Notes: generated by a model from the sequence alone, not told the origin. A stretch of DNA of 64,000 bases from Eubacteriales bacterium (GCA_045598975.1 JAZRVE010000062.1:18815-82814); one strand, 5' to 3'; positions 37,340 to 47,317 are shown, counted from the first letter of the stretch. Program-made: numbers and translations.

Positions 37340-38428
37340 ATGGCGGTCAAAAAAAAGACGAAAGCCCTATATAATAAAATATTTGACGGAACCGAAACAA
37401 AGGTCGCCAATGCGATCATCACGTTTCAGGAACGAAGACAGATAAAGAAATACGTCAAAAACATGCCCCGTCTCACATCGGAGCAGAAGAAAGCCGTCAG
37501 GGATTTCTGGAAGCCGTATTGTAAGGTTGATACGGATTGGGTAAGGTACTATACTTATATTACAGGAAAGTTTGATCCGAGATATATCCCGAGTGATCTA
37601 CATTACACAAAAATAGACCAACATTTCAATAACAGAAAACTGGGCTATGGATTCAATGATAAAAACTATTATTCTTTGATTTTTCCGGGGATAAAACAGC
37701 CGAAAACGGTCGTCCGAAAAATCGGCGGGCTGCTTTTTGATGAAGACTATAAGTTGATAGATACGGAAAAAGCGAAGGAGCTTCTGAAAGCCGAGCCGGA
37801 GGTGATCGTAAAACCGACGCAGGAGAGCGGAAGCGGAAGAAATATCCGGTTTTTCGACACAAAATCGGATATGAATGAATTGACCGGCATTTTGTCGGGG
37901 CATGACGACGATAACCTGATCGTTCAGGAAATCGTGAAACAGCACGATGAGCTTGCGAAAATGCATCCGGGATCGCTGAATACCGTTCGTATTTACACGG
38001 TCATGCTGAATGACGGCGTGCACTTTCTGTCCGCTTCTCTGAAAATGGGAGCCGGGGATAGCCGTATTGATAATGTCAGCGCCAATTCCGGCATTATCGT
38101 CGGAGTAAAAGAAAACGGCGAGCTTATGGAAAGCGCATATTTTGATATGTATTCCGGAAAGACGACGGACAGGCATCCCGACGGGATGCTTCTCGGCGAA
38201 ATAAAAGTACCCGAATTTGAAAAGATGCTTGAAACCGTAAAAAGAGCGGCGCAATATACGGGGAATTTCAGATTGGTCGGATGGGATATGTCGGTCGATG
38301 AAGACGGAGATGTTATTCTGATCGAAGCCAATATGCGTAAGGGTGCAATAGGTCCGATTCAATGCGAGCACGGTCCTTTCTTCGGGGAACTGACGGAAAA
38401 AGTGTTAGATGAGGTGTTTGGTAAATGA
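37340..38428 (+). CDS. Sugar-transfer-associated ATP-grasp ligase, paralog 1 (ATPgrasp_ST-like)
   Basis: 'EVIVKPTQESGSGRNIRFFD', 'MHPGSLNTVRIYTV' and 'FRLVGWDMSVDEDGDVILIEANMR'. The ORF opens at GTG 37334; I prefer the ATG at 37340. Confidence 0.75.
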   Translation: MAVKKKTKALYNKIFDGTETKVANAIITFQERRQIKKYVKNMPRLTSEQKKAVRDFWKPYCKVDTDWVRYYTYITGKFDPRYIPSDLHYTKIDQHFNNRKLGYGFNDKNYYSLIFPGIKQPKTVVRKIGGLLFDEDYKLIDTEKAKELLKAEPEVIVKPTQESGSGRNIRFFDTKSDMNELTGILSGHDDDNLIVQEIVKQHDELAKMHPGSLNTVRIYTVMLNDGVHFLSASLKMGAGDSRIDNVSANSGIIVGVKENGELMESAYFDMYSGKTTDRHPDGMLLGEIKVPEFEKMLETVKRAAQYTGNFRLVGWDMSVDEDGDVILIEANMRKGAIGPIQCEHGPFFGELTEKVLDEVFGK

Positions 38429-39483
38429 ACAGAACGTTGTCGAAAATCAAACACGGGGTTTTATCGACTTCTGCCGGCAAAAAAATCAGGAAAACCAAAT
38501 ACAGAGCCTATTTTACAAGAGAAAATGCGATCCGTGATCTGACAAAATTCGGTATTGCTCCCACGGAGGAGCTTATTGCCGATATGTTGAAGGAAGCGTT
38601 GGACCATGACGTGACGTTTAATGAATACCTGTACTATCACTTTTATGAAGTGGAAGAAAAAGAGCGCAGAGAATTCATTCCGTTGTGGGAAGCGGAAAAC
38701 AGGTATGTTGAGGTGTTCAATGATTACAGAACGGCAGACCTGTTTTTCGATAAGGAAAGAGTTTATAACAAATTCAAGCAATTCTATAAGAGAAAACTGA
38801 TTGCATTACATCTATACAATCAGCGGGAAAAAGAGGAATTTCTTGCCTTTTTCAAAAGTGCCGGGCGTGTCATCGTAAAACCGTATGACGGCGGAGAGGG
38901 GCGCGGAGTCCGGATTTTCGATGACAGTACAGACACGGAAAAAATATTTGAGATATTAAAACGTGATTATCGGCACGGTGCGGTCGTCGAAGAAGTCATA
39001 GAACAGGATGAAAGGATGGCGGCTTTGCATCCTGCATCCTTAAATACTTTGAGAATAGCGACAGTCCGGCTTGACGATGAGATCATGGTTCTGCCTCCGG
39101 TCATGCGTGTAGGGGCAAACGGATCGGTCGTGGATAATTGCGGCTCGGGCGGAATATTATGTGAGCTTGATGAAAACGGTGTCGTAACCGGTACGGCGGA
39201 TGAAAGAGGACAAAGCTTTGAATATCACCCGACTACCGGCAAAAAGCTGATCGGATATCAGGTGCCCGACCTTACGGATGCCGTCAACCTGGCAAAAGAG
39301 TTGTCGTCGGTTTATCCGGCAGTCCGACTTGTCGGATGGGATATTGCTTTGTCAAAAGACGGCTTTGTTATGATCGAAGGAAACAGTGCTCCGAATTTTG
39401 CGGCTTATCAGTTATTCGGAAAAGGATGCCGCACATATATGGATTCCGTACTTAACAGATACAAAGAGGGTAAAAACAAATGA
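38425..39483 (+). CDS. Sugar-transfer-associated ATP-grasp ligase, paralog 2
   Basis: 'RVIVKPYDGGEGRGVRIFDD', 'LHPASLNTLRIATV' and 'VRLVGWDIALSKDGFVMIEGNSAP'. The start overlaps the previous stop (ATGA). Confidence 0.75.
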   Translation: MNRTLSKIKHGVLSTSAGKKIRKTKYRAYFTRENAIRDLTKFGIAPTEELIADMLKEALDHDVTFNEYLYYHFYEVEEKERREFIPLWEAENRYVEVFNDYRTADLFFDKERVYNKFKQFYKRKLIALHLYNQREKEEFLAFFKSAGRVIVKPYDGGEGRGVRIFDDSTDTEKIFEILKRDYRHGAVVEEVIEQDERMAALHPASLNTLRIATVRLDDEIMVLPPVMRVGANGSVVDNCGSGGILCELDENGVVTGTADERGQSFEYHPTTGKKLIGYQVPDLTDAVNLAKELSSVYPAVRLVGWDIALSKDGFVMIEGNSAPNFAAYQLFGKGCRTYMDSVLNRYKEGKNK

Positions 39484-40586
39484 ATTTATTTTCGTTAGGC
39501 ACCGGATTTTATAATTGGTTTGTGACGGCTTCTTATGATGTTTTCCGAAAGAAAATAGTAAAAAGCTATTCCATCGGGCAATGGAACGATGCGAAGAAGA
39601 ATTATCCGGACTGGAAAACGCTCACCAAAGAGCAGAAAAGTGAAATTGCGCAGTTCTGGGGGTTACAGCATCCTTCCGAATACGATTTTTATACGCACGA
39701 GATCATGCTGAATGTCCGTGGGGAATTTGACGTCCGCTATTTGCCGGAAAGGATTCATAAAGTATACCTCGATCCGTCTCAGGTGAAAAGAGGCTTTAAC
39801 AGACCGTGGGAGGATAAGAACTATTTTGAACGTTTTCAGCCGAACCTTCCTCTCCCTTATACGTTTGTCAGAAACATAGACGGTTGCTTCCTTGACCATG
39901 ACTATCGGCATATCAGCCGTGAAGAAGCGAAAAGGATCATGCTGGAACACCTTCCTTTGATCGTCAAGCCGTCCATTGATTCGGGAGAGGGCAAAAATCT
40001 CAGACTTGTTTCCGATGCGAAGGGCGTAGAGGAAGTTTTTACGGCATATGATAAGAATTATCTGGCACAGGAGGTCATTGCGCAGTGTGAGTTGTTCGAA
40101 AAAACAAATCCTCACAGCGTTAATGCCATGAGAATCGTTACGGCGATCGTAAACGGAGAAGCAAAGCTTATGTCGGGTATGCTTCTCACCAACACAACCG
40201 ATGTGATCGCGTGCAATACGAACAAAGGCCCCGGTGAGGGCGTGGTTTGTATCGGGATCGATGATAAGGGAAAATTCCTCGATACCGGATATTATGAAAA
40301 CGCAAAACCTCTGACGGAAATGCCGAACGGTCTGAAATTCGGCGGATTGGAAGTACCTTCCTATAAAGAGGCGGTCGCGCTTGCGCTTGAAGCGCATAAT
40401 GCGATGCCGATGTTCGGGATCATCGGCTGGGATATCACCATCGATAAAGATAACAAGCCGCTTATCATCGAGTGGAATCTCCATGCGATCGGTATGTATC
40501 ACTCTCAACTGACGACCGGTCCGCTTTTCGGTGAAGATTCCGAATATTTTGCAAAGCAGGCAAAAGAGCTGATGAAGCGGAGATAA
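39480..40586 (+). CDS. Sugar-transfer-associated ATP-grasp ligase, paralog 3
   Basis: 'PLIVKPSIDSGEGKNLRLVSD', 'TNPHSVNAMRIVTA' and 'FGIIGWDITIDKDNKPLIIEWNLH'. Its N-terminal region resembles paralog 1 ('LTKEQKSEIAQFW' versus 'LTSEQKKAVRDFW'). The start overlaps the previous stop. Confidence 0.75.
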   Translation: MNLFSLGTGFYNWFVTASYDVFRKKIVKSYSIGQWNDAKKNYPDWKTLTKEQKSEIAQFWGLQHPSEYDFYTHEIMLNVRGEFDVRYLPERIHKVYLDPSQVKRGFNRPWEDKNYFERFQPNLPLPYTFVRNIDGCFLDHDYRHISREEAKRIMLEHLPLIVKPSIDSGEGKNLRLVSDAKGVEEVFTAYDKNYLAQEVIAQCELFEKTNPHSVNAMRIVTAIVNGEAKLMSGMLLTNTTDVIACNTNKGPGEGVVCIGIDDKGKFLDTGYYENAKPLTEMPNGLKFGGLEVPSYKEAVALALEAHNAMPMFGIIGWDITIDKDNKPLIIEWNLHAIGMYHSQLTTGPLFGEDSEYFAKQAKELMKRR

Positions 40587-40588
40587 AT

Positions 40589-41851
40589 ATGAGAATACTC
40601 AGACTACGAGCTTACTGTTATCCGGAAAATGCGGCTGCGTTCGCCATGAATGAGGATTTCGAGAACGAGCTTGTCAAAAGAAAGATCACAAGCATCAACT
40701 ATGTGCCCATGCCATCAAGAGGCATTACGGATGAAGTAAGAAAAGAATATAAAAAGAAAAAACACGAGGAACGCAAAGGCGGATATGTGATCGTACACCG
40801 TTTCTCCATGATAAAAGAAGGAACGAACTTTTTGCAGAGAACCTTGAAATTCACGCTTTGCACAATAGCCGAGTATTTCAAAGGGATCAAAGCCAAAGAC
40901 ATTGACGCCGTGTACGCATCAAGTACTCCGCCGACACAGGGAATGCTGTGCGCCAAAGTCGCAAAGAAGCTCGGCAAAAAGAACAAGAAAAAAGTCCCGT
41001 TCGTCTATAATTTGCAGGATATATTCCCGGATTCCCTGGTCAATGCGGGTATGACGAAAAAAGGCAGTCTGATTTGGAAAATCGGTCGAAAAATCGAAGA
41101 TTATACGTACAAAAACGCCGATAGGATCATCGTCATTTCCGAGGGCTTCAAAAAAAACATCATGGCAAAGGGTGTGCCGGAAGAAAAAATCGTTGTTGTG
41201 CCCAACTGGGCGGATACCGACGGAATATATCCGGTGGAGCGGAAAGATAACGTTTTGTTCGACAGATACGGTTTAGATCGGGATAAGTTCTATATTTCTT
41301 ACAGCGGAAATGTCGGATATACGCAGAATATGGATCTGCTCCTTGACACGGCAAAAGAGATAAAGGATGGGCTGAATAACGTTCGCTTTGTCATCATCGG
41401 TGAAGGCGTTGCCAAGGCAGATGTTGAAAGAAGAATAAAAGAAGAAAACATAGATAATGTAATCCTGCTCCCGTTCCAGCCCTATGAGGAGATAGCATAT
41501 GTGTTCAGCCTCGGTGATGTGGGACTTATTATCTCAAAATCCGGTGTAGGCAACAATTCCGTGCCGAGTAAAACATGGGGCTATATGGCGGCGGGGAAGC
41601 CGATCCTTGCTTCCTTTGACAGAGAAAGCGAACTTATATCATTGATTGATAATGTCGGATGCGGAGCGAGTGCACAGGCAGACAGCAAAGACGATCTGAT
41701 AAGAGCGATCCGTCAAATGGTAACCGAATATGATCTGTCGGAAAGAGGAAAACGCGGGGAAATGTATCTGCAAACGAAGCTTAATAAAGAAAACTGCACA
41801 AAACAATATGTTGACACAATAAATGCCGTATTGGAGAGAAAAAACACATGA
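40589..41851 (+). CDS. Glycosyltransferase family 4 (WcaI-like)
   Basis: 'STPPTQGMLCAKVAKKL...FVYNLQDIFPDSLVNAG' and 'VISEGFKKNIMAKGVPEEKIVVVPNWADTD' resemble WcaI-type GT4 enzymes. Confidence 0.75.
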   Translation: MRILRLRAYCYPENAAAFAMNEDFENELVKRKITSINYVPMPSRGITDEVRKEYKKKKHEERKGGYVIVHRFSMIKEGTNFLQRTLKFTLCTIAEYFKGIKAKDIDAVYASSTPPTQGMLCAKVAKKLGKKNKKKVPFVYNLQDIFPDSLVNAGMTKKGSLIWKIGRKIEDYTYKNADRIIVISEGFKKNIMAKGVPEEKIVVVPNWADTDGIYPVERKDNVLFDRYGLDRDKFYISYSGNVGYTQNMDLLLDTAKEIKDGLNNVRFVIIGEGVAKADVERRIKEENIDNVILLPFQPYEEIAYVFSLGDVGLIISKSGVGNNSVPSKTWGYMAAGKPILASFDRESELISLIDNVGCGASAQADSKDDLIRAIRQMVTEYDLSERGKRGEMYLQTKLNKENCTKQYVDTINAVLERKNT

Positions 41852-42921
41852 AAGTATTGCTTATTTCTCCGATTGCTCCGCCGTTTGGCGGATTATCGAC
41901 ATGGACGGATGAATACGTAAAAGCGACAAAAGGCATGCTGGATATTGATTGTGTTAATACGAATTACACGGGTAAAAATCCGATCGAATCCGGGAAAAGA
42001 AGCATAACGCAGGAACTGGCACGGTCCGTTCATATTTGGAGATCCATCCGGAGAAAATGCAAAAAAACAAAATATGATATCGTCCACATGAATTCCCCTT
42101 GTTCTGCTTTCGGAAACCTCCGGGATTGTGTATCAATGCTGTTGATCGGGCTATATCATGCCTCCGGGGCGAACGTGCTGCATTGCCACTGTAATCTGAA
42201 CGATTTTGTCGGATACGGGAAAAGGCGTTTGCCGATATTTAAGCTGTTCCTTAAACGGTTTGACTGTGTATTGGTATTGAATGAGCAGTCATTGGATTAC
42301 ATCAAGGAAATTTCTGCCGTCAAAACGGTCTGTATACCGAATTTTATCAGCGATCTGAAAACAGAAGAAAAACGGTTTCATGAAGCGGAAAACGGATTGA
42401 AGGTGCTGTTCCTGGGACGGCAGACGACGCTCAAAGGTGTTGACGTTTTTATACGGGTCGCGGAAATCGCACGGCAAAACGGAGACGGGTTTTCTTTCCG
42501 TATAGTCGGGAATACGAGTGCCAATATGGAACACTATACCGATCTGCCGGATAATATAAAGATTTACGGTCAGATCGGGCATGATGAAGCATTAAGAATG
42601 TTGTATGATGCCGACGTCCTGCTTTTTCCGAGCAGGACAGAGGGATTCCCGCTTTCCGTTCTTGAAGCTATGATGGTCGGAACACCGGTGATTTCTTCCG
42701 ATGTCGGTGCGGTATCGCAGATGCTTGAAAATACCGGCTCTATCGTTCTTGACTCGTTCGAGCCAAACGATTATTACGAGGCACTGAAAAAATATCTTCC
42801 GACAGAAGTCAGACAAAGGATCAGCACACGGGAAAAGGAACGGTATCGGACGTATTTTTCACCGGAACCCGTATGCAATCTGATTATTCGAGAGTATGAA
42901 AAATTACTGAACCGAGAGTGA
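41848..42921 (+). CDS. Glycosyltransferase family 4
   Basis: 'FPSRTEGFPLSVLEAMMVGTPVISSDVG' is an EX7E motif. The gene overlaps the previous stop by 4 nt. Confidence 0.85.
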   Translation: MKVLLISPIAPPFGGLSTWTDEYVKATKGMLDIDCVNTNYTGKNPIESGKRSITQELARSVHIWRSIRRKCKKTKYDIVHMNSPCSAFGNLRDCVSMLLIGLYHASGANVLHCHCNLNDFVGYGKRRLPIFKLFLKRFDCVLVLNEQSLDYIKEISAVKTVCIPNFISDLKTEEKRFHEAENGLKVLFLGRQTTLKGVDVFIRVAEIARQNGDGFSFRIVGNTSANMEHYTDLPDNIKIYGQIGHDEALRMLYDADVLLFPSRTEGFPLSVLEAMMVGTPVISSDVGAVSQMLENTGSIVLDSFEPNDYYEALKKYLPTEVRQRISTREKERYRTYFSPEPVCNLIIREYEKLLNRE

Positions 42922-42935
42922 AATGAGCGAAAAAT

Positions 42936-44009
42936 ATGAAATTGGTTTTTTATATTGACTGCATGGGACTCGGCGGTGCGCAGAGGGTCATGAAAAATTT
43001 ACTGGACTATTTTTCCGCTTGCAACGACGTGATCCTTGTTAATGATTACGCACCGTCTGTCGGCATCGAAGAATATGAAATATCCGACCGGGTAAAACGG
43101 ATATGCCTGAATGAAAAATGCAAGTCTCCGGAAAGACCCGGCAATCGGGAACGGATCTCGTTGCTCCGAAAAATCTTAATCAATGAAGAGCCGGACGTCG
43201 CCGTGTCTTTTTTGGGACCGCCGAATTACAGGCTGCTGCTTGCGTCAACGGGATTAAAAATCAAAACCGTTGTCTCGGTTCGCAATGATCCGAATAAAGA
43301 GTACGGAACCGGCATCCGGAGGATGTTTGCCGACATGCTGTTCTGTCTTGCCGACGGAGTGGTATTCCAGACGGAAGACGCCGCTTCGTATTTTTCGGAA
43401 AGCGTTCGCAAAAAATCCGTTGTGATATTTAATCCCGTATCGTCCGATTTCTATGAGAAAAAACGGAACGGATCGGGAAAAGAAATCATCGCGGTCGGAA
43501 GACTGCACCCACAGAAGAATCCGCGGCTGCTTTTAGAGGCTTTTATTAAAATCGCAGATAAAATACCGCAGTATTCATTGGGATATTACGGAGACGGCGG
43601 GTTAAGACCGATATTGGAGGCGAGGACCGAAGAGGCGGGGCTGTCTGATCGGATCCGATTTTACGGCAGATGTACCGATATGCCGGGGATCATGGAAAAA
43701 GCCGGAATATTTGTGCTATGTTCGGACTATGAGGGGATGCCGAATGCGCTGATGGAAGCAATGGCGTCCGGGATGCCGGTCATCGCCACGGATTGCCCTT
43801 GCGGCGGTCCGCGGGCACTGATTCGTGATAAAAATGAGGGGCTTCTTATTCCGATGAACGACGTTGAGGCTCTCTCGAAAGCAATTCTGGAATTGGCGTC
43901 AGACGATCAAAAGCGCGCGGATATCGGGAAAAACGCATCGATCAGAGCTCTTGACTTTTCACCGGATATCATTATGAAACAATGGGAAGCTTTTATTTCA
44001 AAACGGTAA
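42936..44009 (+). CDS. Glycosyltransferase family 4
   Basis: 'MGLGGAQRVMKNL' and 'CSDYEGMPNALMEAMASGMPVIATDCPCGGPRALI' (EX7E). Confidence 0.85.
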   Translation: MKLVFYIDCMGLGGAQRVMKNLLDYFSACNDVILVNDYAPSVGIEEYEISDRVKRICLNEKCKSPERPGNRERISLLRKILINEEPDVAVSFLGPPNYRLLLASTGLKIKTVVSVRNDPNKEYGTGIRRMFADMLFCLADGVVFQTEDAASYFSESVRKKSVVIFNPVSSDFYEKKRNGSGKEIIAVGRLHPQKNPRLLLEAFIKIADKIPQYSLGYYGDGGLRPILEARTEEAGLSDRIRFYGRCTDMPGIMEKAGIFVLCSDYEGMPNALMEAMASGMPVIATDCPCGGPRALIRDKNEGLLIPMNDVEALSKAILELASDDQKRADIGKNASIRALDFSPDIIMKQWEAFISKR

Positions 44010-44042
44010 CGAGGGGATGTTTCCCGAAAGGAGGGGAAAAAG

Positions 44043-45248
44043 ATGTCAAACGAAATGAAAAACAAAATTACATTATCAAATGTCGACTATATGGCAATTA
44101 TCTTTTCGGTCATGATAATAGCAAACAATACGTTTGAAATGGATGCGGTATTATACGTCTTTCCGAAGATGCTGATGTTCCTGTTCTTTGCCGTCATGTC
44201 CGTATTCGTTGTTCTGAATATAAAAAATAAAGAACCGTTAAACTGTAAAAATCTGATTTTTCCCGTCCTCTTTTTTGCCTGGGAATCGCTGTCCTTGATC
44301 TGGTCGGCGGACAGAGCGTATTCCTTGTTCCGTTGGGAAACGCAGGCACAGCTTTTTCTCCTGTTTTTGTTCGTATATTACTACATGAGAACAAATGGCT
44401 CGGTGAAGACGTTTCTCGTTGCTACCTATCTGTCGGGATATGCCTTACTCATCTATACGGTTTCCCGATACGGGCTTGCAAACATTTTCACTCTTGTTTC
44501 GGACGCCGACAGACTGGGAGGAGAGATCAACAATGCCAATACATACGGCATGTTTTTTGCAAGTGCGGTGCTTGTCGCGTTTTACTTTATCACGCAGAAG
44601 AAGAGCAAACTTCATATCGTAAGTATCGTGTTGTTCTCGTATTTTGCACTGGCAAGCGGCTCGAAAAAGGCGGCGGTTATGATCCTTGCGGGAATCGTCG
44701 GAATCAGTGTGCTTGCGTACGGAATCAAGCGGATGTGGAAACTATTATTGGTTTTGGCATTGCTGATTGCAATAATTCTTGTTGTCATCAACATGAATCT
44801 GTTTCCTTCCCTTGTTGAAAGGCTTACTTCTTTTCTTGCCGGTGAATTGAATGCGGGCGACAGTGTCAGAGAAATATTCAGAGAAACAGGGCTCGAATTG
44901 ATTACGAAAAGACCGTTGTTCGGATACGGGCTTGCCGTCTTTGCCAAAGTGACCGGTATCGGAACATATTCACATGACAATTTCATTGAGATCTGCGTGA
45001 GTTCCGGGATTGTCGGCTTGCTTTTGTATTATATCCCCTGGTTTTATTCCGCGTTGGTTTTGCTGAAAGACTTTTTCGAAAAAAAAGGCGATAGCTTGAT
45101 TCTGTTCATGTTTGTGATCCTGTATATCGTCATGGGGGTCGGAAACGTTCAGTATGAATCGAGAGATGTATGGATCTTTCTGGCAGTTGTATTGGCGGTA
45201 ATAGATAAAGAAAAACAGGCGGCAGAAGCAGAGGGGTATGCATTATGA
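44043..45248 (+). CDS. wzy: O-antigen/repeat-unit polymerase (Wzy; O-antigen ligase-like family)
   Basis: 401-aa polytopic membrane protein (about 10-11 TM by eye) with a larger loop near 'LVERLTSFLAGELNAGDSVREIFRETGLELITKRPLFGYG'. The locus also encodes Wzx and a Wzz domain. Confidence 0.65.
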   Translation: MSNEMKNKITLSNVDYMAIIFSVMIIANNTFEMDAVLYVFPKMLMFLFFAVMSVFVVLNIKNKEPLNCKNLIFPVLFFAWESLSLIWSADRAYSLFRWETQAQLFLLFLFVYYYMRTNGSVKTFLVATYLSGYALLIYTVSRYGLANIFTLVSDADRLGGEINNANTYGMFFASAVLVAFYFITQKKSKLHIVSIVLFSYFALASGSKKAAVMILAGIVGISVLAYGIKRMWKLLLVLALLIAIILVVINMNLFPSLVERLTSFLAGELNAGDSVREIFRETGLELITKRPLFGYGLAVFAKVTGIGTYSHDNFIEICVSSGIVGLLLYYIPWFYSALVLLKDFFEKKGDSLILFMFVILYIVMGVGNVQYESRDVWIFLAVVLAVIDKEKQAAEAEGYAL

Positions 45249-46150
45249 GCAAGCTTGCGATGGGGTTTTATATGTTGGCTGCCGGAGGACACTTCAAATG
45301 GCTGCCGGATAAGACATTTTTGAAAATACAGTACCGGCTGAACATGCATAAAAAACTGAATCTCGAAAATCCGAAGACCTTTACGGAAAAACTGCAATGG
45401 ATGAAAATATACGACAGAAATCCGGATTATATTCCGATGGTCGACAAGTATGCCGTAAAAGAGTATGTTGCCGAAAAAATCGGTGAGGAGTATATCATAC
45501 CGACTTTGGGCGTTTGGGATCGTTTTGACGAGATTGATTTTGACAAGCTGCCGGACATGTTCGTTCTGAAATGTACGCACGACAGCGGAAGCATCGTGAT
45601 CTGCAAGGATAAAAAAACTTTTAACATGGATGCGGCACGAAGAAAAATCAATGCGCATCTGAAAGCGAATCAATATGATGCCTTCCGAGAATGGCCGTAT
45701 AAAGACGTAAAGCCGAGAATTATCGCCGAACCGTATCTTGAAGATACCGAAACAAAAGAACTCAGAGATTATAAACTGTATACGTTTAACGGCACGGTGA
45801 AAATCATAGGCGTTTATACAGGAAGAAAAAGCTCTGCGGGAACATGCACGGATTTTTTCGATGAAAACTATCAACATTTGCCGTTTGTGTGGGTATATCC
45901 CAAAGCAAAGCGTGTCCCCGAAAAGCCCGATCGATTTGAAGAAATGAAGACGCTTGCGGAAAAACTTGCCCGTGGGATACCGCAGGTGAGAGTTGATTTT
46001 TATGAGGTTGACGGCAAAGTCCTTTTCGGGGAAATGACATTTTTCACCAGCGCCGGAGTCGTACCGTTTGAGTCGGAAGAATGGGACGAAAAACTCGGGC
46101 AGATGTGGGATTTGACAGGTCATAACGACACACAGACAAAACAGATATAA
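45245..46150 (+). CDS. TupA-like ATP-grasp amidoligase
   Basis: 'LNLENPKTFTEKLQWMKIYDRNP...VDKYAVKEYV', 'FVLKCTHDSGSIVICKD', 'LRDYKLYTFNG' and 'VRVDFYEVDGKVLFGEMTFFTSAG' form the characteristic TupA-like ATPgrasp pattern. The start overlaps the wzy stop. Confidence 0.8.
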   Translation: MSKLAMGFYMLAAGGHFKWLPDKTFLKIQYRLNMHKKLNLENPKTFTEKLQWMKIYDRNPDYIPMVDKYAVKEYVAEKIGEEYIIPTLGVWDRFDEIDFDKLPDMFVLKCTHDSGSIVICKDKKTFNMDAARRKINAHLKANQYDAFREWPYKDVKPRIIAEPYLEDTETKELRDYKLYTFNGTVKIIGVYTGRKSSAGTCTDFFDENYQHLPFVWVYPKAKRVPEKPDRFEEMKTLAEKLARGIPQVRVDFYEVDGKVLFGEMTFFTSAGVVPFESEEWDEKLGQMWDLTGHNDTQTKQI

Positions 46151-46270
46151 GACAGCAGAACAAGAGCCGCTATTGAATGAGGGAGATTATGCTTGAAGAT
46201 TCTGACTGTTAAGCAAGAAATCACGTAAGAAATAGGCAATATTATCCGGTATTAAGGTGGCGTGAAAACC

Positions 46271-47317
46271 ATGAAATTGCTCAGTATTCTGATTCCCGTA
46301 TATAATGCGGAAAGATTTATTAGACCCCTGCTGGAAAACCTTCTGCGTCAGGTCGACGAAAGATGCGAGATCATTTTGCTTAACGACGGCTCAACGGATC
46401 ACAGCCTTTCGATTTGCGAAGAATTTCAAAGAGAAAACAGAGGCTCGATCCGGCTTATCACAAGAGAAAACAGAGGGGCAGTGAAGTCGCGCAGGGACTT
46501 GCTTGAAGCATCAGATGGGGAATGGATCTGGATCATAGATTCAGACGATAATGTGACAGCCGATGCCGTGTCTTCTCTGATGAGTATTCTTGAAACGACG
46601 GATTGCGATATGATCCTTTTTGATATGTTTTTTAAATTATGTGGGCAGATGTTCGGAAAAAATCAGTTGCCCTATGACGATAACACGGTATTTACAGGTG
46701 ATAACAAGCATTTGTTATATGTAAAATTGGTTGAGGGGACGATAAACAATCTTTGGAATAAGGTGTTCCGAAGAAGCACGGTTGATTTTGAAAAGGATTA
46801 TACACCGTTTTATGATGTGCGCAACGGTGAGGACTGTCTTCAAGTGCTTCCGATTCTCACTGCTGCAAAAAAAATCCTCTACATGAAAAAAGCGCTGTAT
46901 ATCTATGAGATCGGCAACCCGGACAGTGTAACACATACATTCAGCGAAAAAATGTATACTTCATTGCTGAAAGTGTGGAAAGAACAAAGAACGTATGTTA
47001 TTCTCTGGGGGCTTTGGGAGGAGTATTCACGTCTATACTATACTAAGTGTGCCAATTCAGCTTGCAGACTTCTGTCTTTCTATGTTTTGTCGGAGCTGAT
47101 TGCCGATAGGGATATTCAGGCATTTTTTGATAAAGTACTGAGCGATGATGTGTTCGGAGAAAGTATCAGACTGTGTAAAACAACACTTTCACAGAAAAAT
47201 TATATGTTGATAAAGGCGCTGAAAAAAGGAAATATCAAAAGTGCTTGCCGCATAATCAATTTTACGGACAAAATCAGAAAGATTCGCAATAAATTCAGAA
47301 AAGGGTTACACATATAA
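46271..47317 (+). CDS. Glycosyltransferase family 2
   Basis: 'LSILIPVYNAERFIRPLLENLLRQ...EIILLNDGSTDHS' and the 'DSDD' DXD motif. The ATG at 46271 follows 'aaggtgg'. Confidence 0.88.
   Translation: MKLLSILIPVYNAERFIRPLLENLLRQVDERCEIILLNDGSTDHSLSICEEFQRENRGSIRLITRENRGAVKSRRDLLEASDGEWIWIIDSDDNVTADAVSSLMSILETTDCDMILFDMFFKLCGQMFGKNQLPYDDNTVFTGDNKHLLYVKLVEGTINNLWNKVFRRSTVDFEKDYTPFYDVRNGEDCLQVLPILTAAKKILYMKKALYIYEIGNPDSVTHTFSEKMYTSLLKVWKEQRTYVILWGLWEEYSRLYYTKCANSACRLLSFYVLSELIADRDIQAFFDKVLSDDVFGESIRLCKTTLSQKNYMLIKALKKGNIKSACRIINFTDKIRKIRNKFRKGLHI

Noticed and set aside
46151-46270. An internal promoter in the only intergenic gap longer than 100 nt inside the polysaccharide operon.
   Set aside because: Candidate -35/-10 pairs (TTGAAT...AAGATT, TTGAAG...AGAAAT) are poor matches, and no terminator precedes the gap. 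Read-through transcription seems more likely, and the question cannot be settled from sequence.
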